From Octopus bimaculoides (lineage: Eukaryota), in the NCBI RefSeq assembly GCF_001194135.2, contig NC_068981.1, forward strand, positions 76,675,181-76,739,180: a stretch of DNA of 64,000 bases. Reading direction: 5' to 3'. Positions 1 to 12,890 of this stretch are shown one piece after another. The notes under the pieces were generated by a model. The model ran no database searches, was not told where the DNA came from, and saw only the letters and a list, made by a program, of their open reading frames with translations. A program made the position numbers and the translations under genes. The first letter of the stretch is position 1. Every line of letters starts with the position of its first letter.

Positions 1-59
1 ATAGAGTTATTAATATTTCTAAGTCTCTCTAAAGGAGACTACGGCAGCGGTACTGGAAA

Positions 60-330
60 TTAATAGTTATCGCCAAGCCAACATGGCAGTCCCAAAATTA
101 GGACGAAAGCTGCCGTGAATTAGCTCCAAGAAGCCATCGCCTCTAGCTAGCTATGTGACACACGAAACCTGTGTCCTTTATAACCTTCGAACAGGGGAGG
201 TCAGCAGTGTCCCCCTGCTGGTTTGGCATCTGCAGACTAGACTAGTTTCAGGGTGTTGCCCCTTGTCAATGCAGAGTAGCCAAGCCTTAGCCAGGCGGCG
301 CTGCTGACTATCTGCTCGAAGGTTATTTAT
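60..330 (-). mobile_element. Non-autonomous hammerhead-bearing repeat (PLE-terminal-repeat/retrozyme-like), copy 1
   Basis: 72-205 aligns by eye to 20954-21081 (GGACGAAAGCTG...GACACACGAAACCTGTGTC vs GGACGAATGCTA...GACACACGATCTGTGTC). Contains a hammerhead at 229-275 and a long imperfect hairpin 180-326. No ORF. Confidence 0.55.
229..275 (-). ncRNA. Type I hammerhead ribozyme, U3:A8 core variant, apparently intact
   Basis: Minus strand reads TCTGCA-TTGACAA-GGGG caaca CCCT-GAAA-CTA gtc TA-GTC-TGCAGA: 6-bp stem I, core UUGACAA (C3U and G8A together), 4-bp stem II, GAAA, short stem III, GUC cleavage triplet. Confidence 0.75.
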
Positions 331-936
331 CTAATTTCAGTGGAATCTATCCACTGGTTTTCAGTGGATATATATATGCACATACAAATATATATGTACG
401 TATATATATTATATGTATATTTATGTATGTATATATGTATATGTATGTCTGTGTGTGTGTGTGTGTGTGTGAATGTATGTATGTATAAACATGTGTAAGT
501 ATATGTATATAAAACATGCACATGACATCGCATATGTTCATTTGTTTATTCGAAGCGTCCTTTCACTGGGGATACTCCAAAACTAATTAGAAATTCTTTG
601 CACGTAACATTACTCTCTATGTGACGTAAATGGAAGGAAGGAATGCTGGCAACATTGAAAAACTTCCATCATATCTTGACCGTTCTACCATTTTTCATTT
701 ATCTATAATCGTGAAAGGAGATGGGTCCTCTATGAAACCTTCCGATAGAAATACTAATTAATCTCAAAGGAAACAAGATAAGGCGACCAGAACGTATGGG
801 AAATAGGAAGCAAGTGTATTTATATACAACCTAAAATATAGCACCTTACAGTGGTAATAAAAATAACTTTAGCGAGATCTGCAGTGAGAAATGTTATGTT
901 AGAAAATTAAAAATGACTAGAAGCAATATATATGCA

Positions 937-974
<38 letters not shown>

Positions 975-1620
975 CCTCTCCCCCTCTCTCTTTCTCTATT
1001 TATTTAANNNNNNNNNNNNNNNNNNNNNNNNNNNNNNNNNNNNNNNNNNNNNNNNNNNNNNNNNNNNNNNNNNNNNNNNNNNNNNNNNNNNNNNNNNNNN
1101 NNNNNNNNNNNNNNNNNNNNNNNNNNNNNNNNNNNNNNNNNNNNNNNNNNNNNNNNNNNNNNNNNNNNNNNNNNNNNNNNNNNNNNNNNNNNNNNNNNNN
1201 NNNNNNNNNNNNNNNNNNNNNNNNNNNNNNNNNNNNNNNNNNNNNNNNNNNNNNNNNNNNNNNNNNNNNNNNNNNNNNNNNNNNNNNNNNNNNNNNNNNN
1301 NNNNNNNNNNNNNNNNNNNNNNNNNNNNNNNNNNNNNNNNNNNNNNNNNNNNNNNNNNNNNNNNNNNNNNNNNNNNNNNNNNNNNNNNNNNNNNNNNNNN
1401 NNNNNNNNNNNNNNNNNNNNNNNNNNNNNNNNNNNNNNNNNNNNNNNNNNNNNNNNNNNNNNNNNNNNNNNNNNNNNNNTATATATATATGTACATACAT
1501 ATATAAAAATATATATATGTTACCTATACTTTCATATAGATATATACACATATTTACACATTTATATGCATTCATATATGCATATAGATATATACTATAT
1601 TCATTTAATATGTGTGTTTC

Positions 1621-1681
<61 letters not shown>

Positions 1682-2298
1682 GTGGTTGTGTGTGCATACA
1701 TATATACGCTTATGCAAGGACGTATGCGACTATGTAGTTATGAATAAAAACACGCACCTACAATACATAAATACACACACTCAGACAAGTGAACGCATAC
1801 GCACATAGATCTGAGTGCCTCTGACTTCCTTATTAATGGATATGTCTAATCATAGACCTACATTTTCTTTCCTATATTTGAATTTATATTTTCATTTAGC
1901 TTCTGTTCATTCCTTTGTTTTACTTAGTTCCTTTATACGCTTCTGTAATTGTGAAAGATGTGTGTTTATGAGAATTGGTACTACATACATTTTAGTGGTA
2001 GTTAATCTATTCCATAGAATTATGAGCGATTTAAATAAATATGAATTGGCATTTCGAATCTGCAAATGAATTTGTCACCCTGAAAGTAATATATTGCTGA
2101 TAGTGTATTAAAAAGGAATCAATATATATGAATATTTCTGCAATCTGGAATATATTTGTAATAGATCTGATTAAAAAAAAATTATATGAAGCACATATAT
2201 AGAATGTTTTGTATGCATATATGTCTGTAATGCTTTACACAAAACTATGAGCATATACATTCGTACATATGTGTGTGCATGTGTCTGAGTGTGTGTGA

Positions 2299-2338
<40 letters not shown>

Positions 2339-2653
2339 GCATACACACGCACATACACATACGCATATACAGTGGTGATTTTTAATTAGTTTACATTATT
2401 GGACGGCAAATATATGAGAACATGTGTGTGAATATATGTTCGTGTAGTGTGTATGTCTGAGAAATTTGTGTCCATGTGTATAGGCTCGTGAGTATATGTT
2501 TGATAGTCTGTACATACGTGTGTTTGTATGCGAGCGCACTGTAAGGCAATAGTATTTGAAAATTATATAGATTGCTTACGAAATCTGCCATACATAATAT
2601 CGTGAAACACTTCACTTCTCAATCGTTAGGTACCTTGTAAAATAAATAGGTAG

Positions 2654-2960
2654 AGACTCCCTTCGGCCATGAATGACCATGGGAATGCACCTAGAAAGTT
2701 CCCCTACGAGGTACAAATCTGGGAAAGGTTGTTCATGGAAGACCAGAAGTCGCCCCTGCATACCAACCTCTCCTTTCCATACCACTGATGTTATCCGAGT
2801 GAGAAGCAAAAGCCGATACAGCTTGGCATCAGTGACGAAGCAACTCATTTCTGCAGCTGTGTGACCGGGATCAACGTGAAATAAAGCGTCTTACTCAAGA
2901 ACACAACACAGCCCGGTCCGGATCGTGAGCTCGACGCTCTAACCACTGAGCCATGCACCT
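2654..2960 (-). mobile_element. tRNA-derived SINE, family B
   Basis: Minus strand starts AGGTGCATGGCTCAGTGGTTAGAGCGTCGAG (A box) then GGGCTGTGTTGTGTTCTTGAGTAAGACGCTTTATTTCACG. Homologous to 24471-24730, 40051-40195 and 50181-50425. Confidence 0.8.
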
Positions 2961-2978
2961 TCAAGCGTACGATCTCAA

Positions 2979-3024
2979 TTTACTGCGTTTCATGTTATTG
3001 TCTCGTATCATATCATCAGGTAAA
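2979..3024 (-). ncRNA. Minimal type I hammerhead motif, degenerate (U16.1 to C)
   Basis: Minus strand TTTAC-CTGATGA-t-ATGATA cgagacaa TAACAT-GAAAC-GCA-GTAAA: perfect 5-bp stem I, canonical core, stem II with one mismatch, GCA in place of GUA. Confidence 0.6.
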
Positions 3025-3554
3025 GGTAATGCTTGTGAGGGAAGTTGGGAGATGTAAACTGTCTGGAAAGATGTACCGTATTTGTAATTGAATATTGAAT
3101 ATACCTGTGTTATCTCTCACTCACACCGTTCACCGTAAGCATTACGTTAAGTACATACGTGTCTCTGGAATACCCAGCACTAATTCTAATGATCAAGCAG
3201 TCCTTATATGCCATTATTATAAGTAGACGTCCCCATTGATCGAATATTTGGAGCATGCATTTTTGACATTGACACAGAGCCATTTGTTGTTTGCTTAATC
3301 GTGATTTTGTGATTGTTTAGTGTATTAATTTGATTAACGCGAGCACACTCTCTTAACTTTGGCACGTAGTACAGGCTGCATCGATGGTGGTGCCAGTGTA
3401 CTGATAGTAATGTCTGTTGGGATAAGCTTGTTTGGTTTGATGTTCTTTGTTTGAAGAGTTGTTTTAAGTTTTGCATTGACATATCTATTTTTCTCTCGAA
3501 GAGTTTTGTAGCTGTTTCTGCTCATTGACGCGCATGTTCTTGTATGCATTGTAT

Positions 3555-3874
3555 AAACATGTATGTATGTATGTATGTATACATGCATGTATGTATGTAT
3601 GTATGTATATATGTATGTATGCATGTATGTATGTATGTATGTATGTATGTATGTATGTATGTATGTGCGTATGTATGTATGTATGTATGTATGTATGTAT
3701 GTGTCTGTCTGTCTGTATGCACGCTTGTCTGTATGTCTGCCTGTCAGCCTATATGTCTGATTGATTGTCTGTCTACCGATCGATCAATCGACTGATCTAT
3801 CCATGTATGATCTCTCTCTATCTCTCTTTCTTTCTCTCTCTCTCTCTCTCTTTCTTTCTCTCTCTCTCTTTCTT

Positions 3875-3911
<37 letters not shown>

Positions 3912-4010
3912 GTCTATCTATTTGTCTATCTATTTATCCATCTATTTATCTTCCTATATATCCATCTATCTACCTACCTACCAATATACATACATACATA
4001 TATACACAGC
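3555..4010. repeat. Compound microsatellite (TATG)n/(TGTC)n/(TC)n/(TATC)n
   Basis: Directly visible tandem repeats; explains the MYVC/SLSL ORFs. Confidence 0.95.
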
Positions 4011-5448
4011 CTACATACACATATGAATACAGATAATACATACATATATACACATAAAACATACATATACGTTGTACACACATGCATACATACTTTCCTA
4101 CCTACCTTCCTATCTCTCTATCTCTTATGCATATTTACGTGTTCACAGACACACGTACATCAGTAGAAACGTATTCACAAATTCCCAGATACACATACAT
4201 GATATTATTACTCCTTTCGTTATTAATGAAAGAAATAACCTTGATTAAATCTTGTGATCTTTATGAATTGGCAGTTCAGTTACGTACATATATTAATCAA
4301 TACTGTTATAGCCAACGAAGTGTGGTTTATCCAGACTTGCTTGAAATAACTGCCAAATCTCCCTCAAATCAAAGCCCACCGTCACAAACATTAAAAGGAC
4401 ATATCGTATAATAAAGCTGGAATGCCTTTAGTCTTAGGCTTATTGTAGTCGGCAACTTTGTTAAACCCAGTTTAGAGAGTGCATTTCTCCATTAGTAGAT
4501 ACCGCAGAAATGTTAAGCATAGATGTAGAGGCATAATTATAACACTGAAGTGTGTTTGATTACCTTGCAGCGGTGAGTTAACACGCTAGAAGTTCCTAGT
4601 TAGAAATGTGGTTATGCGTTTGAATATTTTGATCTGGTAGAGTTGTACACAACAAGATATGTTACTGACAACGATTCCACTACAGCTAAATTAGTAAGTT
4701 TTAGATGGGTGGATGGGTGGGTGAGCATGACATCTCTAACGACGGCGCAAAAGCAGGTTGTTATACATACGAATGATACTTATACTTATTCATGATACCT
4801 ATTCAAGCGCGCGCACAGACGCACAAAGGTAGACATACACACCCACATATACATGAATATGTATATATGTATTTGTATGTCTATCTATCTCTCTCTCTCT
4901 CTCTCTCTTTATATATATATANNNNNNNNNNNNNNNNNNNNNNNNNNNNNNNNNNNNNNNNNNNNNNNNNNNNNNNNNNNNNNNNNNNNNNNNNNNNNNN
5001 NNNNNNNNNNNNNNNNNNNNNNNNNNNNNNNNNNNNNNNNNNNNNNNNNNNNNNNNNNNNNNNNNNNNNNNNNNNNNNNNNNNNNNNNNNNNNNNNNNNN
5101 NNNNNNNNNNNNNNNNNNNNNNNNNNNNNNNNNNNNNNNNNNNNNNNNNNNNNNNNNNNNNNNNNNNNNNNNNNNNNNNNNNNNNNNNNNNNNNNNNNNN
5201 NNNNNNNNNNNNNNNNNNNNNNNNNNNNNNNNNNNNNNNNNNNNNNNNNNNNNNNNNNNNNNNNNNNTATATATATATTGTTATACTTGTTATATATATT
5301 GTTATACTTATAATTAGACACACGCACTATATAGCTGGTCATCTCTTCAGCTTTATAATTATTATATTTTTAGTTTCTTCGTCAAAGCACTTTCCTCACA
5401 TCCTTTGAGCCCTTCAGTGACACTTCATCCTACATGTCTTCTCTTGTT

Positions 5449-5835
5449 GCAGGCGTGGCTATGAGGTAAAAACAAATGCTCCCCAACTACATGGCTCCGG
5501 GTTGAGTCTCATTGCGTGGCAACTTGATCGAGTGACTTCTACTCAAGACTCGGAGGGACCAAATCCTTAATAGAGAGTTTGGTAGGCGGAAACTGAAGGA
5601 AGTCGCCGTATGATTATACCTTTGTGCGTGTGTCTTTGTATCTTTGATTCTGTCCCACCACCGCTTGAAAACCGCTGTTGGCGTATTTACGTCCGCCTAA
5701 CATAGCGGTTTGGCAAAAGAGAACCTAGTAGAATAGTTAACAGGCTTAGAAAAATAAATACTAGGGTCGATTCGTTCGACGAAAATCCTCCAAGGCGGGT
5801 GGTGACCCAGCATGTCCACAGTCTCACGACTGAAC
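5449..5835 (+). mobile_element. tRNA-derived SINE, family A, near full length and diverged
   Basis: GCAGGCGTGGCTATGAGGTAA head, GGTAGGCGGAAACTGAAGGAAG body, GGGTCGATTCGTTCGAC...AAGGCGG...CCAGCATGTCCACAGTC tail; matches 37791-38203. Confidence 0.75.
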
Positions 5836-5844
5836 ATTTTTGCA

Positions 5845-5880
<36 letters not shown>

Positions 5881-6709
5881 ACGTATACATCCAACCACGT
5901 GCTTTCACATACCAACTTTCTCACCTATATATATATATNNNNNNNNNNNNNNNNNNNNNNNNNNNNNNNNNNNNNNNNNNNNNNNNNNNNNNNNNNNNNN
6001 NNNNNNNNNNNNNNNNNNNNNNNNNNNNNNNNNNNNNNNNNNNNNNNNNNNNNNNNNNNNNNNNNNNNNNNNNNNNNNNNNNNNNNNNNNNNNNNNNNNN
6101 NNNNNNNNNNNNNNNNNNNNNNNNNNNNNNNNNNNNNNNNNNNNNNNNNNNNNNNNNNNNNNNNNNNNNNNNNNNNNNNNNNNNNNNNNNNNNNNNNNNN
6201 NNNNNNNNNNNNNNNNNNNNNNNNNNNNNNNNNNNNNNNNNNNNNNNNNNNNNNNNNNNNNNNNNNNNNNNNNNNNNNNNNNNNNNNNNNNNNNNNNNNN
6301 NNNNNNNNNNNNNNNNNNNNNNNNNNNNNNNNNNNNNNNNNNNNNNNNNNNNNNNNNNNNNNNNNNNNNNNNNNNNNNNNNNNNNNNNNNNNNNNNNNNN
6401 NNNNNNNNNNNNNNNNNNNNNNNNNNNNNNNNNNNNNNNNNNNNNNNNNNNNNNNNNNNNNNNNNNNNNNNNNNNNNNNNNNNNNNNNNNNNNNNNNNNN
6501 NNNNNNNNNNNNNNNNNNNNNNNNNNNNNNNNNNNNNNNNNNNNNNNNNNNNNNNNNNNNNNNNNNNNNNNNNNNNNNNNNNNNNNNNNNNNNNNNNNNN
6601 NNNNNNNNNNNNNNNNNNNNNNNNNNNNNNNNNNNNNNNNNNNNNNNNNNNNNNNNNNNNNNNNNNNNNNNNNNNNNNNNNNNNNNNNNNNNNNNNNNNN
6701 NNNNNNNNN

Positions 6710-6746
<37 letters not shown>

Positions 6747-6763
6747 GAATAATAATAATAATA

Positions 6764-6799
<36 letters not shown>

Positions 6800-6800
6800 T
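6710..6800. repeat. (AAT)n microsatellite
   Basis: Directly visible next to the N gap. Confidence 0.95.
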
Positions 6801-6847
6801 CGAAAAATACCTTGGGAATGAGAACCCAGGTTCGAAATTTCCCCAAG

Positions 6848-6891
6848 ACACCTGATGAAGTCTGGAGGGTATATCAGCTGAAATGTTGTGT
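6848..6891 (+). ncRNA. Minimal type I hammerhead motif within a short repeat (about 6801-6945)
   Basis: ACAC-CTGATGA-a-GTCTG gagggtatat CAGCT-GAAAT-GTT-GTGT: 4-bp stem I, canonical core, stem II with one mismatch and one G.U, GUU triplet, near-palindromic AATGTT stem III region. Confidence 0.65.
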
Positions 6892-7011
6892 TAATAACAA
6901 ACAAGATGATGACAAATATCTGTAAATGTAAATAATGTAAATATGTGTGCGTGTGTCTGTGTGTGTGTGTGTGTCTGTGTGTGTGCGCGGGTGGTTGTGT
7001 GTGAGTGTGTA

Positions 7012-7835
7012 TTGGGTCATCTCATAAATGATGCGGTGTTTTCAATTGCACGAACTAAAAGTCAGAGGGGGACGGGATAAAACTACCTACATCAATTTGC
7101 TATAAAAGCAGATAGTAATTTTACCTTGTACTTATTCTTAGTGCAAGTTTTGAAGGGTGCAGTTTGATTTTAGCAGTTATTTTTTTCAAAGCTGTAATGA
7201 AAGTGACAAAGATGCATATCCGGCATATTTTGTTTTATGCGTTTAATAAAGGCAACGACGCAACGGAAAGTGTGAGGAATATTAATACGGGGATCAGACA
7301 ATAAGCGTAAGCCAGCATCAACAGTGGTTCCAGAAATTCCAAGCCGGAAACTACAGCCGAGGTGACGAGCCACGTTCTGTAAGATCTGTAGAGCTTGACG
7401 AGGAGGTCCTGGAAAACTCTGGTGGAACAAAATCCCATCGTATTAGTTGAGGGACTAGCACAGAAGCTTGGATTTGGTTATTCAATCATTTATCGACAGA
7501 TACGTGCTATCGCAAGAGTCAGCAACTTAGGTCAATGTGTTCCTGACAAACTTCCCGAGTCTAATCGCGCGTAGAGAGTAAATGTATGCTCTACTTTGCT
7601 GTGACATCTCACGAATGAACCTTTTTTTGGCCCGAATAAGTGACTGGTGACGAGAAATGGGTTCTCTATAAAAATGTCAAGCGTCCAAGACAGTGGGTAG
7701 GGAAAGGAGAAACACCAACATCTTAGGTTAAAGAAGTTCTTCACCCACGTAAGGTGTTGTTATGTGTTGGTGGGACATGAAAGGGTTAGTCCACTTTCAA
7801 CTTTTAAACCAAAACCAAACGATAACTATCTCTAC
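7012..7835 (+). mobile_element. Mariner transposon remnant: 5' TIR plus N-terminal transposase pseudogene
   Basis: TA|TTGGGTCATCTCATAAATGATGCGGTGTTTTCAATTGC left end. ATG at 7197 gives MKVTKMHIRHILFYAFNKGNDATES; later frames give QWFQKF, GQCVPDKL, VTGDEKWVLYKN and HPRKVLL...WWD motifs with stops and frameshifts. Truncated before the second catalytic D. Confidence 0.85.
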
Positions 7836-8443
7836 GTGTATAGTTTTCCCGGGGATAACACGGATAACTCACATCCATTAACTTACGCGTCTTACAGCTA
7901 GAAGGAACCGTGCATGCAGAGTTGCGTGCCAATGCAAAATGTTCATATATATATATATATATATANNNNNNNNNNATACGCACACATCCCCACCCCCATA
8001 CAAAAGAAAACACGTGGGGTTCAAACTTCGCAACAACTGTTTCGGTAACATTTTTATTGATGTGCTATTAGATCACATCAAAGCAACAATACACCATGGT
8101 CAAGTAAATTTTAAACATGTAAATAGGTAAATTAGAAATAGAAAATTACTAGCTCGATTCTGGAGCTTGTCATCTTCTGTTTCTGCTTTATCTGCTTATA
8201 TTTTTGAAATTCACCTCCCGAGGGCCGCTTGTTGCCATAATGTAATCTAACAATACTTCAGTTAAATGCTGCTGAAACAGTTGTGAATTTTGACTCTCAA
8301 TAGTGTCCTTCTAGGATCCATCCCTGTGTTGGATCTACGGTTTATTTTGGATTTGGTACCAATGTGTATGTGTATCTATCGATGCGTGTATATACATATA
8401 CATATGTTTGATGTTTATGTGTGTGTGTTTATGTATGTGTATG

Positions 8444-8540
<97 letters not shown>

Positions 8541-9058
8541 ATACATACATACATTAATACCACACTTTACGAGATCTCGCTTAGCAAAACTCCGGGTTTA
8601 CAAGTTTTATTTTATAATAAATATAAACTTTGAAAGAAGTGTGAACGTTTTTACTGCCATAACAAATGCTTCTGTGAGCGAAGAAAAGCTTCTTCTAAGC
8701 AAACAACTTTTGACTTGCTAGTTAAAATGAAATCTACAAGTCCGTCTACGAGTGTTTGTGAATCGGCTATCGCGTCTACAAGTGATGGTGTACGCGAGTC
8801 TAGTCCGAGTGGAAGGGATTCATAAAACGAATATAATATTTTTATTATAAATGATCTTGATAGTCTTTATACTTTACATAAAACACTTTGCATTCTACTG
8901 TTGTTCTATTGCCCTTCATTTACGAGTATTATAAATTTTACAGGTAAAATGTTTTGCTGGGAGGGAATTATGATTTATAACATTACTACTATGGGAAATT
9001 ATTGCTCTACTTCACAAGTATTTGCTTTACGAGCGGTTTCCGTGAACAAATTAGCTCG

Positions 9059-9100
<42 letters not shown>

Positions 9101-9539
9101 CATACATACATACATACATACACACATACATACATACATTCATACACATATACATACATAGATGACTGTGTCTAAATGTATATACATAGAGTATACTACC
9201 AACAAGTGACAACTAAGAGTTGCTTCAACGTAATATATGCGCAGTAACCGGCCAGTTCTGCTGCCCTACATGTGGATAAATCTAGACGTTAACGAAACGA
9301 AATTTCATCCCACGCACTGAGAACTGAGTACAAATCTCGACGAGATCTCATTGTCTTCAATTATTTCGAGGTCGATAAATAAATTACTCACCCAAGGTGA
9401 TGGATTGGCGAAATTGTTAGGTGGTCAGCATTTTTGCTTTCTGATAACTGAAATCTTCCGTATCGTGGAGATTTGAAAACATGGATAACACCCAGTCTAG
9501 CTCAAAATCTTTTCTCCACACATGCACCGTTAGCGTTGA

Positions 9540-10790
9540 CAAATGAAGGCCTTTTTAAATAATATTTTCTGTCTTGGTGTACCCTATCAAAGTTGCTACG
9601 CTAAGATAACATTGCTGTGTGGCATGCCTCAGGTGCAGGTAGTGACTAATAACCATTTTGGAGTAGCTGATGATGTTGTGGGTGATATCTACCTCATTAC
9701 TATAGTAAAGCCAATATTTTCTCTCAAAACGTGGAGATTTGGTGGTATCTTTGTCCCTGTCGTTTTATTATGTATTTAGTATCTATGTCCTGTTCCTGGA
9801 TGACGATGGCATATCCTTCTAAGAGGTATTTAATGCATCTATCACAGGTCCTTGAGAGGCAACTCTTCCTGCCAATGCTGTTGTTACACTATCACTTGCA
9901 GGATATGTACCCGTGCATTGTTTTTTACTGTTGTGATGTCTACTTCTCCTCCAAGCTTCAGTTTATGAAGGCCAATCCAGCCTCTCTTAGTTCACATGAG
10001 ACAGTTGTATGCTCAGAGTATCTTCACAGTAGTTATTCTCCAATTCTGAAGATGCTGTTGATCTCACTTCTGAGCATGCATGGGAATTACACGTTTCTTT
10101 CTTTACAGCAGGTGTTGCCTGAGTGACACAATGCGACATTCAAAAGCTATTTGGAATTACCTTAAGCCTCTACTGCCATCACTGCGTCTCACATAACCCC
10201 ACCCCCCATCGTTGTCGTTGTTAATGTGGAATTTATCGGTGGTGGTCTGTACCTTTCTGGTTTTGATGTCGAGGCTGCGATTCTCGTCGAGTATCCAGTC
10301 CAGTATCCCAAACGTTGCTACTACCTCTGACACTGCAAAAGAATTGTGAGATATGATCTTGTTAAATGCAGTCATCTATGAGTTCCGTGTTTTCCGCAAT
10401 TTACAGAAATACTCTTTTGTTAATCTGGCTTCAGTCACAGCACCAACCTATGCAACATTTTCATCGATTCCAAGATACTTGTAGCTTTCGTCATTAGAGA
10501 TAGGGGGAAGAGAGACAAGCCATTGCGGTACATGTTCTCTGTCTGGTCGTCAATCTTTCCGCAGTTGACTATCATGTATGAGTATTTATCTTACAAAAAT
10601 ACCAATTCAATGTTTCGTGAGAATGTTGTGACTGGCTCTAATTATCTCTTGATGTGGAGCATGTTGCCAGAATATAACTTTAGTTTATCACGAAAGTATG
10701 TGTGGGTAACATTGATTTTATTCTTTTCTGAATATCTCAGCATGTAGCATTGGCATTTTATCGACAGGGCTGACATAATGTAAACATTAT
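9540..10790 (-). mobile_element. R4/Dong-like (RLE-type) non-LTR retrotransposon fragment: RT C-terminal half, thumb and CCHC region
   Basis: Minus frames give FRDKLKLY (degenerate FVDD motif), NDESYKYLGIDEN, TAFNKIISHN...TFGILDW...DIKTRK...FHINND...GSRGL and DITHNIIS..KM...Y.HLRH; heavily disrupted. Confidence 0.75.
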
Positions 10791-12422
10791 GGCTCTCCAT
10801 ATTTGTATTAATTTGTGAATACACAATTGTATTATGCTGTACTTACGCATTAAATTAAATGAATGCGCATAATTTCATGCATACTGAAATTAACACTACA
10901 TGAATGAGATTCCGAAATGGCTGTAATACTATGGAAGTCATGTGGTTAAATAGATATATATTCACTTCTCATACCTCCTGTCTTTACGTCTTTATGCATG
11001 TATGTGTATGTCTCTGTGTGTACATGTGTGCGTGTGTGTGCGTGTGTGTATGTGTGCGTGTGTGTATGTAAGAATGTATATACATATCTACATTTTATAT
11101 GTATGTGTGCTGCTAGTGTGTTTGTATTTGGTGGGGGGGGAGCATTTTCATATTTTAAGATGGTAGCAGTGTTTTGAGAACAAAAATTACTGTTATATCT
11201 AATAGATGACGAACCTTGAAGCTGGCGTTCTGTCATTTGCTATAAATAAACTTTAGAGCTGTCGTGTCCTCTCAGTTCATTAGTAGTCGATAAATTACAA
11301 TGAAATACTTTACTGTCATGGCAATCATGTCACTTGTATATCACGAGCTATATTATTGAATAATAGTGTTAGAAAGAAATAGTGTTAGAAAGAAATAGTG
11401 CTAGCATCAGCGGAATTGTTGTGCGTTGAGCAAATTCTGAAATATTTGTGGATAGAAGCGTTTGGTCTTGAAGGGAGTGCCTGAAAAAAGTACAAAGGAC
11501 CTGTTATTTTATTCTCGTGTATTTCAGACAAATAGAAAAACTAAATGAAAGATATAAAATAATATAAAACCACAGCATATTTTGAATGCACTTGTTTTAC
11601 TCCATTTCTTATTTAACACATTATATATGGTATAATTTCATATAATATTCTCATTTTAATAACTAAAAATATTGTTCATGTTATATGAATTCAGTAAACT
11701 CCAAATTATGTGAAATAATTCACTTTTAACGATTGAACTCTAAGCAGATACGGTTGTATATCATAGTGTGTAAATATTATATTAAAAAACCTTTTAAAAA
11801 AACCATCGGAGCCATCGGAATTTTCTATAAAATGCATTTTTAAATTCAATATTTACAAAGCATTATTTATAGCTTCATCTACTTAGAATTCAACTGTTAG
11901 AAACAATATATTTCTAAGAATTACTATACTGTCGGTAAATAGTGGAAATAGCTCAACTGAGAGAGTGTTAGCCTCAAGATTTAGTGATTCCTGGTCAGTA
12001 GTTAGATAAGGTTTGTTCTAAATATTATTGAATTTTATTTCACGAAATTTCTATAATCTGACTTATATAATGAGCGTGACAAAGATTAAGGTTTCCATCA
12101 CTTACACACAACAGATTACATTTAACATTTGAAATATAAAGGAAAAAATTAAAAAGCAACTCAGCAGAATTTATCGGAAAAAATAGGCAAAAAAATAAAA
12201 TTTTATTTGATACATCAGAAAACTTCCACCTGGACTCAATTGGTTGCACGCAACAAATCGAGGTGTTAAATTGTGAAATTAGTAAATATAATTTATCGAC
12301 GCATAAGTTATCATTATAACATATTGTATGTGCACGTGTGAACTCGCGAATACGTACATACATACGTACGTACATACATACATACATACATACATACATA
12401 CATACATGCATACATACATGTT

Positions 12423-12796
12423 GGCACTCCATCGCTTACGACGACGTGGGTTTCAGTTGATCCGATCAACGGAACAGCCTGCTCGTGAAATTAACGTGCA
12501 AGTGGCTGAGCACTCCACAGACACGTGTACCCTTAACGTAGTTGTCGGGGATATTCAGCGAGACACAGTGTGACAAGGCTGACCCTTTGAATTAGAGGCA
12601 CAAGAGAAACAGGAAGTAAGAATGAGAGAAAGTTGTGGTGAAATAGTACAGCAGGGTTCGCCACCACCCCTTGCAGGAGCCTCGTGGAGTTTTAGGTGTT
12701 TTCGCTCAATAAATACTCACAACACCCGGTCTGGGAATCGAGACCGCGATCCTATGACCGCGAGTCCGCTGCCATAACCACTGGGCCATTGCACCT

Positions 12797-12798
<2 letters not shown>
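12423..12798 (-). mobile_element. tRNA-derived SINE, family C
   Basis: Minus strand GGAGGTGCAATGGCCCAGTGGTTATGGCAGCGGACTCGCGGTCATAGGATCGCGGTCTCGATTCCCAGACC (A and B boxes). Body is near-identical to 41466-41792. Confidence 0.85.
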
Positions 12799-12838
<40 letters not shown>

Positions 12839-12890
12839 GAAGGAAATGGAAAATGGAGACAAACACAAGATGGTACTTAAATCATTTATA

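Noticed and set aside
3204-3530. Non-repetitive minus ORF (MSRNSYKTLREKNRYVNAK...CSR)
   Set aside because: Short, no recognisable domain and no clear splice signals; cannot be supported as an exon.
11944-12000. tRNA-like A box (GGAAATAGCTCAACTGAGAGAG)
   Set aside because: No intact B box or cloverleaf; at most a decayed SINE head, not a tRNA gene.
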